Shown one piece after another: positions 37,483 to 49,047 of a stretch of DNA of 64,000 nt. The number at the start of each line of letters is the position of its first letter. Position 1 is the first letter of the stretch. Both the position numbers and the translations under genes were made by a program. The stretch lies in assembly GCA_011109175.1 (NCBI GenBank), contig RDEW01000036.1:251583-315582 (forward strand), written 5' to 3'. The notes under the pieces are model-generated. The model was not told the origin of the DNA, made no database searches, and saw nothing but the letters and a program-made list of their open reading frames with translations. This stretch comes from Dicyema japonicum (Eukaryota; Animalia; Dicyemida).

Positions 37483-38132
37483 AAGTGTAATAAATTTAAT
37501 TTGTGGTGCAAATTATTAGAATATAATTTAGTACAAACTTTTTTAATCCCAGGTCCTTCCAGGTTAAATCATCTCTGATTTCTTTGAGTGACAATGAGTC
37601 TCAAAAATATGGAATTGCTATTTAAGTGTTTCTCGACTGATTCGCGTTCCGTGAGATTGCTGTTGGGGACGACTGTAGCGATAAGTAAAAAATCTTTGTT
37701 CAATAACCTTAAATGTCTAACCACATTCAGAAACCATTATTTTTTGGAAACCTAGTTAGTTGTTGTGCAATTATTAATTTATTTAAGATTTCCATTATTT
37801 AAAATAGATTCTCTTCCTCTTTGGATCAAACAAGATCATCCTAAAGTCTCCATAGGAATGCCACCTTCTGTGTCCCTATCTACTTAGGATCTTAATTGAA
37901 ATTCTAAAGTTGAGTGCGCACTTTTTTCGACAGTGTTTTTAGGTCGTTTAACATCAAATGTGAGTCATTTGTTGAGGAGAACATCCAGTATTTTATACGC
38001 ATACTTTTCAAAGGTTTTTGGAATAATATATGCTCGTATAGAGACATCCACATTAAGCGATTATTCTTTACTACAAAAATAGTGAATATCCTCCATATTC
38101 GGATCTATATTATGACTCTTGTAAAAGTTATA

Positions 38133-39221
38133 CAGTAAACTCTCCCAAATTTGCCATTTTTGGTTCCAGCATTTTTTGCGACAAATTTGGGAATTGGGAA
38201 ATTTCAGAATTTAATCAATAATTTTATAATAGTTATTGGGGAACTTCTCAACGATGAAAATAACTAAATTTGATTTTATTACGAAAAAAATTATTTGTCA
38301 AAAAAGGCGAACAGTGTTTTGGCTATAAACAAGGAAAAGAAAGACTCACTGTTCTTCTATGCTGCAGTTTAATTGGAGAAAAACTTGACCCATTGATTAT
38401 TGGAAAGTATAAACAACCTCGGTGCCTAAAAAATTTTGATGTCCAAGATTTTGGGTTATTGTATTCGTCTTCAAAAAATGCATGGATGACTGGAAAGACT
38501 TTTATGAGTTGGCTTACACTAATAAATGAATTGTTTCGCAAAAACAACAGAAAAATATTATTATTGCTTGACAATGCTGGATGCCATAAAACTTTTGAAT
38601 GTTCAAATATCGAATTTTTTTACCGAAAAATACAACGCCATATTTACAACCATTGGATATGGGAATAATCAAAGCCTTTAAGAATTATTATTCAAGTTTC
38701 TTAATGGAATTTTTGTGTTTTCACGATGTCGAAAACGATTTTGCACATTCTATTGCAAAATTAAACTTGCGTCATGTCATGATGCTAATTTCGAAAGGTT
38801 GGGAGAAAATAGATGCGGCATGTATTGTTAATTGTTGGCCGTGATTCTTATGCGACAGACTGTCTAACAGATCAACTTCTAAATCATGATATAGACGAAA
38901 CAATTGATGTAGAGTGCGAAGAGTCCTAAAGTAATATTTATAGTGGATATTCAGAAACGGAGAATATTGAAAATGTCGTAGAGGAAACAAAGGATCTGCT
39001 AAACAATTTGGAAGAACAAATTTCACATGTGGCACCAAAAATGCTGCGAGACTATGATTTCCGGCTAAAATTAACAAATAATATACGACAAAACTCTAAA
39101 ATTAAAATAACTGATTATTTTGGCAAAAATATTATTTGATGTTAATTATTGATTCAATTTCAGAAATAATAATAAACCCCTGTTTTTGGGGCACTTGGTG
39201 CCCCATTTAGGGGTAGGACTG
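38133..39221 (+). mobile_element. pogo/Tigger transposon with mismatched ends, apparently intronless
   Basis: KERLTVLLCC, SKNAWMT, LLLLDNAGCH, LQPLDMGII. Left end cagtaaactctc matches the 57842 family; right end ggggtaggactg|ta matches the 41208 family. Confidence 0.85.
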
Positions 39222-39222
39222 T

Positions 39223-40100
39223 ATGTCCTGTTTTACTATTGTCAATGTATATATCCCACCTATTTACTTGTGTCTTCCTAAATATACGCCGACTTACACT
39301 TTTTCTATTGAAAATTTAATCCTATGTGGTTTAATGCTCATCATCCTGCATGGCTATTTTCTAACAAACCTGATAAACGTGAAGTGCAAATTCTGCGTGA
39401 TTAGTTCTACATACTCGTACTCGCTGTACTCAAAGTTCAGATTATTCTAATAAATCCACGATATCTCCCTCTGTTCTCAAAGTATCGCTCTCGACGCTCA
39501 ATGAGATGTATTTTATGATCTCTCAACTGATCACAACCCGATTTTAATTTCCTTCAACAATCAACCACGAAGACGTATATAAACTTAACCATGGAAAGTA
39601 GGATTCTCACAGAAACGAGACCGATCGCGTACTCAGACTTTTCTTTTGTTCTTTCCGCTCTTTTCGATGCTGCTGTCGAGAAACTGTCTTCACAAACTGT
39701 CTAATTGCTAAAAACAAAATTAATTCCCCGTGGTTTCATCGCTAATCATGGCCTCTACTACCTTTATGAGATTATTAATCTTCTCAAAGAACACAGAAGG
39801 GTCAAATCGATGACTGTGGTAATAGTAGAATCGAATATCTTTCTGAAATCAATAAACCTATTGACGACCTAATCTTAAATACAAGACCTATCAATGGAAT
39901 GAATATTTATACTGTAAACTCTTATACTTGATCCCATATCTTTCGGAGAACCCTTAAGAAGATACATTCCAAACATCCGTCCCCTCAATCGCACTCAACT
40001 AGTCTTTCAAGAAAAATTGTGCTATCCTTCCTTGACCAAATCAACTTATTAATGATTATGCGAAAATAAGCCACATTCATACCCAAAAAGACTCCCTATA
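39223..40100 (+). mobile_element. Vingi-like APE fragment, highly degenerate
   Basis: IVNVYIPP and STDHNPI remnants. Confidence 0.55.
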
Positions 40101-41207
40101 AGAGACTGAATACTCTAAAATCAAAATACCTTTTCATTATTCCACAATTTCTAATTATTATGGATTTATCCCTTTCAGTGGAGACAAATCTAAGCCTTTT
40201 TGTATAATCTGCAAAAATTCTTTGGCCAATAGTTCTATGAAATTGTCAAGATTAACACACCATTTAAGGACTAGACATCCAAAACTACCCTTCAAAAGTT
40301 AATCACTCATCATGCTCTTGCACGAAAAAGTATTCCTTTTAACCTATTTCATAGATGGGTTACTTGCATCCTACAAAATTGCCCATATCGTTGCTAAAAA
40401 TAATGCTACCCATGTTTCGGGTGAATCGTTAATAATACCTTCTATCGCAGTTGTTTTACAAGATATGTTGGGACATAATCCATCTGAAATTTTACAAGTA
40501 GTGCGATCATTTTGATGTTCTTAGAATTTACCTTTGAGTAATGATACGATTCGTCGCCGAATTGACGAAATGGCTGAAAGTGTCGAAGATAACTTTAAAA
40601 ATATACTTAGAAAAACAGTTTTTTCCTTGCAGATTGACGAATGTCTGGTATGTGTAATAAATCTATATTAATGGCCTATGTTAGGTAGGTATTTTAAATA
40701 ATATTTGTTTAGATTTTTTGACGAACAAGAAGTTTTTTTTGTGAAGAGGTTTTGTTTATCAGACCTTTGATAACAGTTTCTACCGAAGAGTCAATTTTTA
40801 TTGTATTGAAAACGTATTTTGAAGAAAAACAAATTCCATTTTAATCACATGTGCTACGGACGGTGCAATGGCCATGATTGGGAAGTACAAAGGATTTGCG
40901 TTTTTTTGAAACAAAAATGTCCGAATTTAATTCATATTCATTGCGTATCACACCTCCATTATCTGGTTTCAAAAAAAATCTCCGCTTTTTTAAATTAAGT
41001 GCTAAATCTCGTCATAAAAACGATCAATCGAATTAAAACAAGTCGAAAATCTGATAGGATTTTTAGGAAATTTTGTATAGATAGGAATGAAGATTATTTA
41101 AGACTCTTGTATCATTCTGAAGTTTATTTTTGTTTTTTATATTCTTTAGGTTCGCTGGTTGTCCAAAGACACTGCTTTACAAAGATTTGTAAACCTTTTA
41201 CCAGCTA

Positions 41208-42128
41208 CAGTCGAACCCCGGGGTGGGGCATCAAAGTGCCCCAAAAAGCGGGGGTGCCCTCCAAAACCGGGGTTTGGTTCAAACTATTGATTTATGGTTG
41301 ATTTAAAACACTTTATGTCTTAAGGTTGAATCAAAGATGTTGTGTTTTTCTGAAGAAAAAACAATTTAACATTTGAGTATTCCAATAAATAATGGCATGT
41401 AGCATTATCCATTATTAAAAGTATTTTTCTATCGTTAATCTTTGAAAGCCACATTTTGAAAATTTCTCTATTCATCCAGGAATTTTTTGACTTTTTTTTC
41501 ATATAAATACAGAATTTTTCACAATCAAAATCTATGTTAAAATATAATTAAGCAAACTTTTCATACAACTAAGTGATTTGTATTTTCCAATAACAAGGGG
41601 TCTTAATTTATTTCCTGCTGCATTACAGCAAAGGAGAACTGTTACTCTTTCTTTACTGAATTTTGTACCATGACATGTTTCTATATATTCGACATAAGAT
41701 CTTGAAGAAAATTTTTTAACATACAAAGATGTTTCATCACAGTTAAAAATATTTTCATGACCATAAGTTTTCAACAAATTATCGAATTAAATTATCGAAT
41801 TGAAAGAAAAATTTGAAGGCATTACACAAAGACAATTATCACGTGTTCAAAAATAATATTATTCAAAATAATATTATATAATAAAATATTAAAATAAATT
41901 AGTAAAGTGCCCCATACTGGGGTTTTGATAATTTCCAAATTTGGAAATTATTATTTTTTTAAATTTATTAACAATAAAATATTATTTATTAACTATGGGG
42001 GAGAGCGGCTACTGACATCACTGATGGAAAATGTGGAAATTATTGATGGAAAATGTACTAAAAAATAAAATCGCCCCAAAAAACGAGGGTGCCCCAAGAC
42101 GGGGATTTATTGAAGCGTGGTTCGTCTG
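41208..42128 (-). mobile_element. pogo/Tigger deletion derivative with a 26-nt intron, inserted at TA in the hAT
   Basis: TIRs cagtcgaacc / ggttcgtctg, TA TSD; removal restores RFVNLLPA|ILDFLESE of the hAT; NIFNCDET, KERVTVLLCC, MDNATCH. Confidence 0.88.
41960..42030 (-). mobile_element. CRE-like 3' tail remnant
   Basis: attaacaataaaatattatttattaactatgg matches the copy A 3' end at 20543-20574. Confidence 0.6.
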
Positions 42129-43069
42129 TATTTTGGACTTTCTTGAATCGGAAATTGAAGAGGAATAAGCAAGATCAATTTCAGAAAATGAGAAATATAT
42201 CTATTATTTAAATTGGATTTTTGCTAAGTTGAATGAAATTTCCTTGAAATTGCAGAGAAATTTTGTAACTATGTTTGACGTCAGAGTTACAATAATTACA
42301 TTTTGTGAAAAGTTAAAGAATTATAGAAATAACTTTGAACCAGGAAAATACAATTTCTATATCCAGAATGTGAAGCATTTAATTTGATATAAAAATTTTT
42401 GTTGACCATCTAATTAATTTGGAAAAGGAAATGACAATCAGATTTGAAGACGTGATTAATATGGAAATACCAAGATGGATGATAAATTTTTTTTGACTAG
42501 CACTGTAGAGGCGCAAATGGATTTGCAAGATGAATTTATTGGTATTTTTATCATTATTATTTTTATAGAAATTAAATATAATTATTCTTACAAGATTTTG
42601 TTTGAAAACCAGGATTTGTCTACCTTTTGGCGAAAAAAGGAATTTAAAGACAAATATCCAAAGATTTGGGAACAAATAATTAAAATTTTATTATGTTTTC
42701 CGACGACATATCTTGTGGAATCAGGATTCAGCGTAGTAAACAGGATATTGAGCGATGAACGTAACAAGCTTGATATCTGCTCGCGAGGAGATGTCAGATT
42801 ATTTTTAACACGCTTGGACCCTGATATTCAGAAACTAATTAAAATGCATGAAAACCAAGGCTCTCATTACATAGTTAAAAAAAGATTTTAAGTCCATTAA
42901 TTAAATTAAAAGAATTAAATAAGTCTTTGTTTCTTTGGTACACGAAATAACTTGGTTTGGTACACTGACTTTTTTTTGGTACACCAAAAAAAGGTTGAGA
43001 ATTACTGCTATAAATCATCTATAAAATCTAGGACCGAATGGATTTTTTGCTTTAACTAATTTAATCAAA

Positions 43070-43370
43070 CATTCAGTTAATCAGTACCTATGCTCTGGAA
43101 GAAATCCACAATAATTCCTATTTTGAAGCCTACTCGCGATCCTTCTCATCGTCCTATTTCGATTTGTTTGTTGTCTCAAAAACTGCAGAAAGAAAGTCGA
43201 ATTCCAAAATGGGTTACGTGATTATCATTCGACTACAACCCATCAACTGACTCAATTTAGTTATGATGGATTTAATAATAAACCTCCCGAACTAACAATT
43301 GATATCAAAAATGCTTTTGACGGAATATCGAGACACGTTCTGAGCAGGAAAATCATGGCTACTTATACAT
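43070..43370 (+). mobile_element. Vingi-like RT fragment
   Basis: IIPILKP..RPIS and IDIKNAFD. Confidence 0.6.
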
Positions 43371-44910
43371 GTTATGTTATGTTGTCCAATTAAATCGTGT
43401 CCGACCCTTGGAGATCTCATGAACGAGTTTCCTACACTCTCCCCGATCCGTCGCAATTTGGAGTAGCCTTGATATAGGCATTCCCGTGACGTCTTCCACC
43501 GTGGATAGCCACCGAGTCCTCGGTTGACCAGGTCTTCTCTTCCCAGTAATATTGCTCAGTATAATGGTTCTTTACAGTGAATCAGAGCGGACAACAAGCC
43601 CAAAGAACGCCAATCTGTGTTTTACGATTCTACCTTCTACCGAAATGTCCGTCTCTACCCGTTTGAGTACATCGATGTTTGTTATTTTGGAAGTCCTCCT
43701 CCAGCACCACAGCTCAAAAACATCAATTTCCGCCTTTTTCAGTATCCATGATTCTGCGCCGTATAGAAAAACCGGGAACACGATTGCATTAACCAGTTTG
43801 CATTTGGTCCTAAAGCAAATATCTTTGCTTTACCAAATTCTATTCATTCTCTGGAAGGTGTCTCGTCTCATGGTAATTCGCCTCTTGATTTCCAAGCCTC
43901 CGTCACCATTCCGATAAATTAGACATCCCAGAAAGACAACATTATTGCAACTCTATTTTCTCATTCCCAATTTTTAGTTCCATTATTCCATTATTAGCAG
44001 TCGTCATAATTTTGGTCTTCTTGATATTTAGAAATAAACCAAAGACGGCGCTCTCTTCTCTGAATCTTAGAATCAACTCCCTGAGGCCATCTTCTGTTTC
44101 AGCCAGTAAAGTTGTATCGTCAGCATAGCGCAAATTATTGATGTTCCTGCCTCCAATTTTAATCCCGTTATTTGATACAGTATCCAATTTAGTCATGATC
44201 ATTTCGGAATAAATATTGAATAGGATGGGAGATAATAAGCATCCTTGTCTTACTCCTTTACAAATTTGGAACCAATCGGTATCTCCATAAACTGTTCTAA
44301 CAATAGCTTCTTGATCCTTATAAAGAGATTTGATAAGCAATATCAGATGGGTATCGAATCCAAATTCTTTTAAAGCGGACCACAGCTTCGTCTTTTCCTG
44401 AATCTTGCTTGGACATCCGGTAGAATCATTTCGGCTTTTGCCATTAGACGATGTTGTATTATCTTTAGAAGTATTTTGCCGATGTGGGGAATTAAGGCTA
44501 TTGTACTATAGTTTGAACAGTCCTTGCTATCCCCTTTTTTCGGTATTGAAATAAATATAGATCTTTCCGTTAATTGCCGTGTAGCCCACACGTATTCCTC
44601 CTCAAGGATTTTATGCCCCTCACCCAACGTTGCTTCATTACACAGTTTCTGAATATAGCCGTTACGTATATTCTCTCCAACGATTTCGGATGTTCTGTTG
44701 GCTTAGCAATTCTACACCATTATTGTCCTTGATTTTGCCAATCATTTTCGTAAAGGGGGTTCGTAATCTTTTAGTTGTAAATACGCTTTCTAGTGTGACC
44801 TCTCTTATAGTCGTCTTCCATTTTTTTGCAGCGTACCTCCAGTAGTCTTCTTTATCCTTCCTGGCTGTTTTTTTGAATTCAGACTTAAGTAACGTTGCTT
44901 CCAATTAGAT
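43370..44910 (-). mobile_element. BovB-like RTE LINE, 5'-truncated
   Basis: IPKKGDSKDCSNY.TIALI, KGVRQGCLLSPILFNIYSE, NINNLRYADDTTL, IDVFELWCWRR; tail caacataacaacataac. Confidence 0.88.
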
Positions 44911-45029
44911 CGTAGGAGAGTTTGCTCATAAGATTTTTGGCATTTAAATACAGGGTAGTTTGCCAGGTCTTTCCCCATGAAAAACTTTTATATTGGGATA
45001 AGTTTCAGAGAATGTATAAACACCACTTA

Positions 45030-45960
45030 TGCATAAGATATCATAATTGCCTTTTACCATTTCGACCTAACTGTTGCTTCTATGGTCCAGCAAGATAATA
45101 TTGACGAAATTTCATTTTGGATGGACCAAAATCTCCTCACCCATTCTAATGAAAAGTCATCAATGATGCTTTCACTACAGACTGTCGTAAATTCAACTTG
45201 GAACCAATGTTATTAATGAACAACGTTCTCTTCTGTGGTTAAAAACCCTAAAATACTTGATGTGATATTTAATACTTTCTTGTCATTTTCAAAACATGTC
45301 TCTTCTGTATGTGAAAAATCTCACAAGAAACTCAATGTAATCCGGGCCGTGGCGGGTACGTCATTTGGCCAGAGCAAAGATAGCTTGACCACTATCAGAA
45401 CAACGATGAACTATGCTATTCCTGCCTGGGGTCTCTGTTTATCAGTAACAAACGTAGAAACAATACTAACGACTAAAAAACTCTGCTCCAGCTCAATGCA
45501 TTTGGGTCTCCACAAAGTAAAGGAGAATTATTCCTACTTTTGGTGATCAAATTCGGATTCTAAAAACCATCCCAGAGACCGAGTCCTCTCAGTCACGAAA
45601 GCAAACAATCCATCCACGATTCTATCTATTGTTTAAGTAGCTTACACCATCTATTGTTTAGTGAGAGTATTCCATCTATTGTTTAGGGAGCAAAGCTTCC
45701 CTACCGTGGGAAGTTCGCATCTAATTGGCGCGCATTTGAATTTACACTCGTATCTGTACAGGATTATACAATGTCCTCTCCACTATGCCCATCATGCTTT
45801 CATTGGATCTACCTTGCTTAGGAGACGCCCAATGCCTGGCCGGCATCAAGAGGATCCACTATTTTTCCCCAGGGACAATCTCGTTACCTAGAGACAAGTT
45901 TGAAATGCTGGAACGAATCAGGATCAAGGACTTATTACTATTATTACCCCCAGGATCACT
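45030..45960 (+). mobile_element. Vingi-like RT and 3' fragments
   Basis: KNPKILDVIF..LSFSKHV, AVAGTSFGQ and HLNLHSYLYRI. Confidence 0.65.
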
Positions 45961-46346
45961 GGGTCAAAGAGAAAGAAATCAAAGTTCTCATCTAACTAAG
46001 TGATCCCAGAACGACAAGGGAGAGGACGAGTCCGGCGGGGTCGAGAATCCTGAACAGCTCGTCTCATTGGACTGTGTGATTGTGGATATTTCGATAGTGT
46101 ATGGAATAGAGGGCAGCTCGGTAAACTAGCCTCCTTTAAGAGTTTCCGTTGTAATTCGATTAAGAAATTTTCAATGGGCTGGATTTTGTGTTCTGGTCCA
46201 ATTATCCTTATTGCACTCTCCTCGATTGCGGAAAGTTTCAATGAGGAAGATCCTGAAATATGCATTGCCCATGAAGGACTTGCATACGTCATCGTTGGTC
46301 GGATAAATTGTTCATAAATCGTGGCAAGGCCACCAGGATGAAGGAG

Positions 46347-47410
46347 TTAGTTATTATTATTATTAGCACTTTCATCACTTTCACGAGAGCCATAATATTT
46401 ATAGCCCCGCATGTGCAGCAAAAATATAAGAGAATTAGTTAGGTTGTTCCAAGCTCTTCTGTTCTTTGCTAGGTCCCTCAGTGAGTCCAGATCGTCACCA
46501 TATGCCAATGTTTTCTTCACGGCTTTCAGATCGTTTTGTAGAACGACCGGGAGGGTAGTTTTCGGTTTTCCACGAAAGCATTTTACATTGGAGGAGTAGT
46601 AATCTTCCATTGCGATATTCGGAGGGGATATCGGGTCCAACCTCAGGACGTGTCCAAAAAGTCTCCAACGAGAGCTAATGATCTAGTGGCTTAATGGTAT
46701 ACAGTCACACTTATTGTACAGTCCATTCCGCGAGATCTTGGATGGCCAGGACATTCCAGTTATGTTTCTTAGATGATTCTTGTGAAATGAGTCTAGCCTC
46801 TCCAATTCCTCTTTAGAGGTGACCCAGGTTCCAGAGTTGTATAGTAGAATTGGTTCGATGAAAGTGTCGTATAACATAATCCTTTGTTTATGTTATATCC
46901 TTTCCGTTTTAGCCAAAAATTTTTCAGCCTTTGTAATGCCGCATTTGCCAATGTTTTTCTCCGTATGATGTCTTCGCTATCTCCTAGTAGAGAGCCAAGT
47001 TTCTTTATGTGTCTCCATTTTTCTTCGAGTGAGTTGTTCATTCGTCTTATCTCCCCGTTCTGTTTTTTCCTTGTTCACGGTGAGAAACCATTTCTCATGT
47101 ATATATGGTGCTTTTTCTAGTACATGCTCCAGGAGTTCTTTGTCTTCAGAAATTATGTCGACATCATCAGCATAAATCACTTCTTCTATTTTTCCTTGGT
47201 ATAATGGTCTCAGTTCCCTCATAGCGGCCTCCAAGTATATTGTGAATAGTAAGGGAAGTCTTCTTGAGGAGTGCCTGTGTTTGTTTCAAATTTTCTTGAG
47301 TAGGTTTTTCCAACTCTCACAAGGAGTTCTGTGTTAAATAGAAGGATTTGAATTCAATATCGGTCTGATGATAGAATTCTTCCAAATCTTGGGAATAATA
47401 TTATAGTTAA
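46347..47410 (-). mobile_element. RTE LINE, 5'-truncated
   Basis: IYADDVD, KKLGSLLG, RWRLFGHVL, FRGKPKTTLP; tail atgcggggctataaatattatggctctcgtgaaa..(TAA)n. Confidence 0.9.
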
Positions 47411-48840
47411 TGGACAGGTTTTATATATGCGTGAGGTAGCTAATTGCGTAGTGGCTTAAGTGTTTTATGTGAATCGAAGATACTTTGTCAGGCCCGCACG
47501 CCCGTGAGCTCTTTAATCTGGTGATCACATCCAAGACTTGGTCATCTGTGAATAGTTCGTGGTAAGGTTCCTTCTTCGGTTTATGGGCACGCACCTTAAT
47601 GTCCAGGTGTTTCGAGAATGGTTTGAAGCTAATTCCAGCGTGATGTTTCATAAGGGTGTTAGGATGTAAGTGGCATAAGTGTTCAGGAGAAGACTTTCCG
47701 GTTCCGTCTGCATCCTCCAGCTCCGACTTGACTTGTTTAAGAGTTTTCCAGAAATGTCGGGATGTACTTTTCCTGTCGAAGTGGTTAACTAGATGCTGCC
47801 ATCTCTTGTCCTTGTGTTCTTTTATGCTCTGACAGATCCTTTTATTCAGTTGTCTGAGGGCTGTCAAAGACTTCATGTCCAACAGATGGCATCTCTTCAG
47901 CCGGTCTCTTTGTTTTATAAGACTTATTGTATAAGAGCTGAGGGTAGGAATAAACTTCTTGTATGACGATATAGGAATAAAAATATGGTCAGCTATCTGA
48001 ATGGCAGCGCTGATAATTTCTGCTGCGGCCTCATCAATAGAGCGTATTGGGAGGATATTCTCTGGGCCAAGAATTTATCCACAAGGTTACTGAAACCAGA
48101 CCAGTCAACCTTCGTATAATCCTTGAATCTTTTTGATTCCGCCGGACGTCTCCTGTATCGTCGAAGACCTCTCAGTTTTAGAAGGATTGGATTATGGTCA
48201 CTGGAGAAGCCGTAAAAGACGTTCCAGGAAATGAGTCCAGCCAGAGAAGGTGAGCATAGTGTTAAGTCGGGGGATGTGCAGCTATCAGTCATCCTTAATG
48301 GGGTCCTCGTATGTGAGTTATGGTTGTTCAGTATAATCAGGTCAGGGAGATAATTTGCAATGAGTTCTCCTCGGTTATCAGAAGATTGGGAAGTGAGCCA
48401 AACTGGATGTCGTGCATTAAGATCCCCACATAACAGTAAATTTTTCAATGTTGAAATGCGTGATAAATCGACGGACACGATCCTTGAGGAGGAATATATA
48501 TATTAGCCAAATGGATCCAAAAGGACGGGAATAACTCGATTTTGACAGTAATCTGCTCCAAAGTCTTGTCGGAGCCAAGAAGCTCTGAGGTTCGTTGAGT
48601 TGTATCCATAAAAGGAATATCGTTCTTTAAAATAGTAAGTAGTCCTCCTCCGCGTCCTCCCTGACGATCTTTACGGATCACTGTGTATCCGGGAAAAGAG
48701 GGTGTTGGTATGGAGGGAGATAGCTTGGACTCCTGTATTAAAGCGAGGTCAGCCTCATTTTCGCGGAGGAGTGCCCGGAGTTTAAAGATTTTCTTCCTGA
48801 TCCCATTCGTATTCAGTTGTATAATTGTAAAACCTCTTCA

Positions 48841-48888
48841 TGGACCAGGATTGGTTTCGACGTCCCCACATAGAAGAATCAAAAGTCT
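48841..48888 (-). other. 2A-like StopGo peptide RLLILLCGDVETNPGP
   Basis: DxExNPGP consensus in the APE frame, followed immediately by TGA. Confidence 0.88.
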
Positions 48889-49047
48889 GGATAAATGGGG
48901 ACACCAGACAGGGTCGAAGACACAAAAGATGAGAGGACCACCGGACGGTGGGGAGAAGCTGTTGGCTCTTTTCGTTCCATTTTGGAATGGGTGACACCGT
49001 TTCTGGTGAGCCACATGACACCATTCAAATACCAGTTAGTTGGAATA

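Larger units (their letters stand above)
40150..43007 (+). mobile_element. hAT (ZBED/SCAND3-like) transposon with 3-4 micro-introns, split by a pogo
   Basis: BED finger CIIC..HLRTRH, PLSNDTIRRRIDEMA, FSLQIDE, HSE|VRWLSK, FPTTYLVESGFS; right TIR ggttgagaattactg ends at 43007. Confidence 0.88.
45990..49030 (-). mobile_element. Vingi-like LINE (2A-APE-partial RT), split by an RTE, RT core missing
   Basis: LLILLCGDVETNPGP, LLCGDLNARH, SSDHNPI, ACGPDKV; 3' part IRPTMTYASPSW and tail gggatcacttagttag. Confidence 0.85.
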
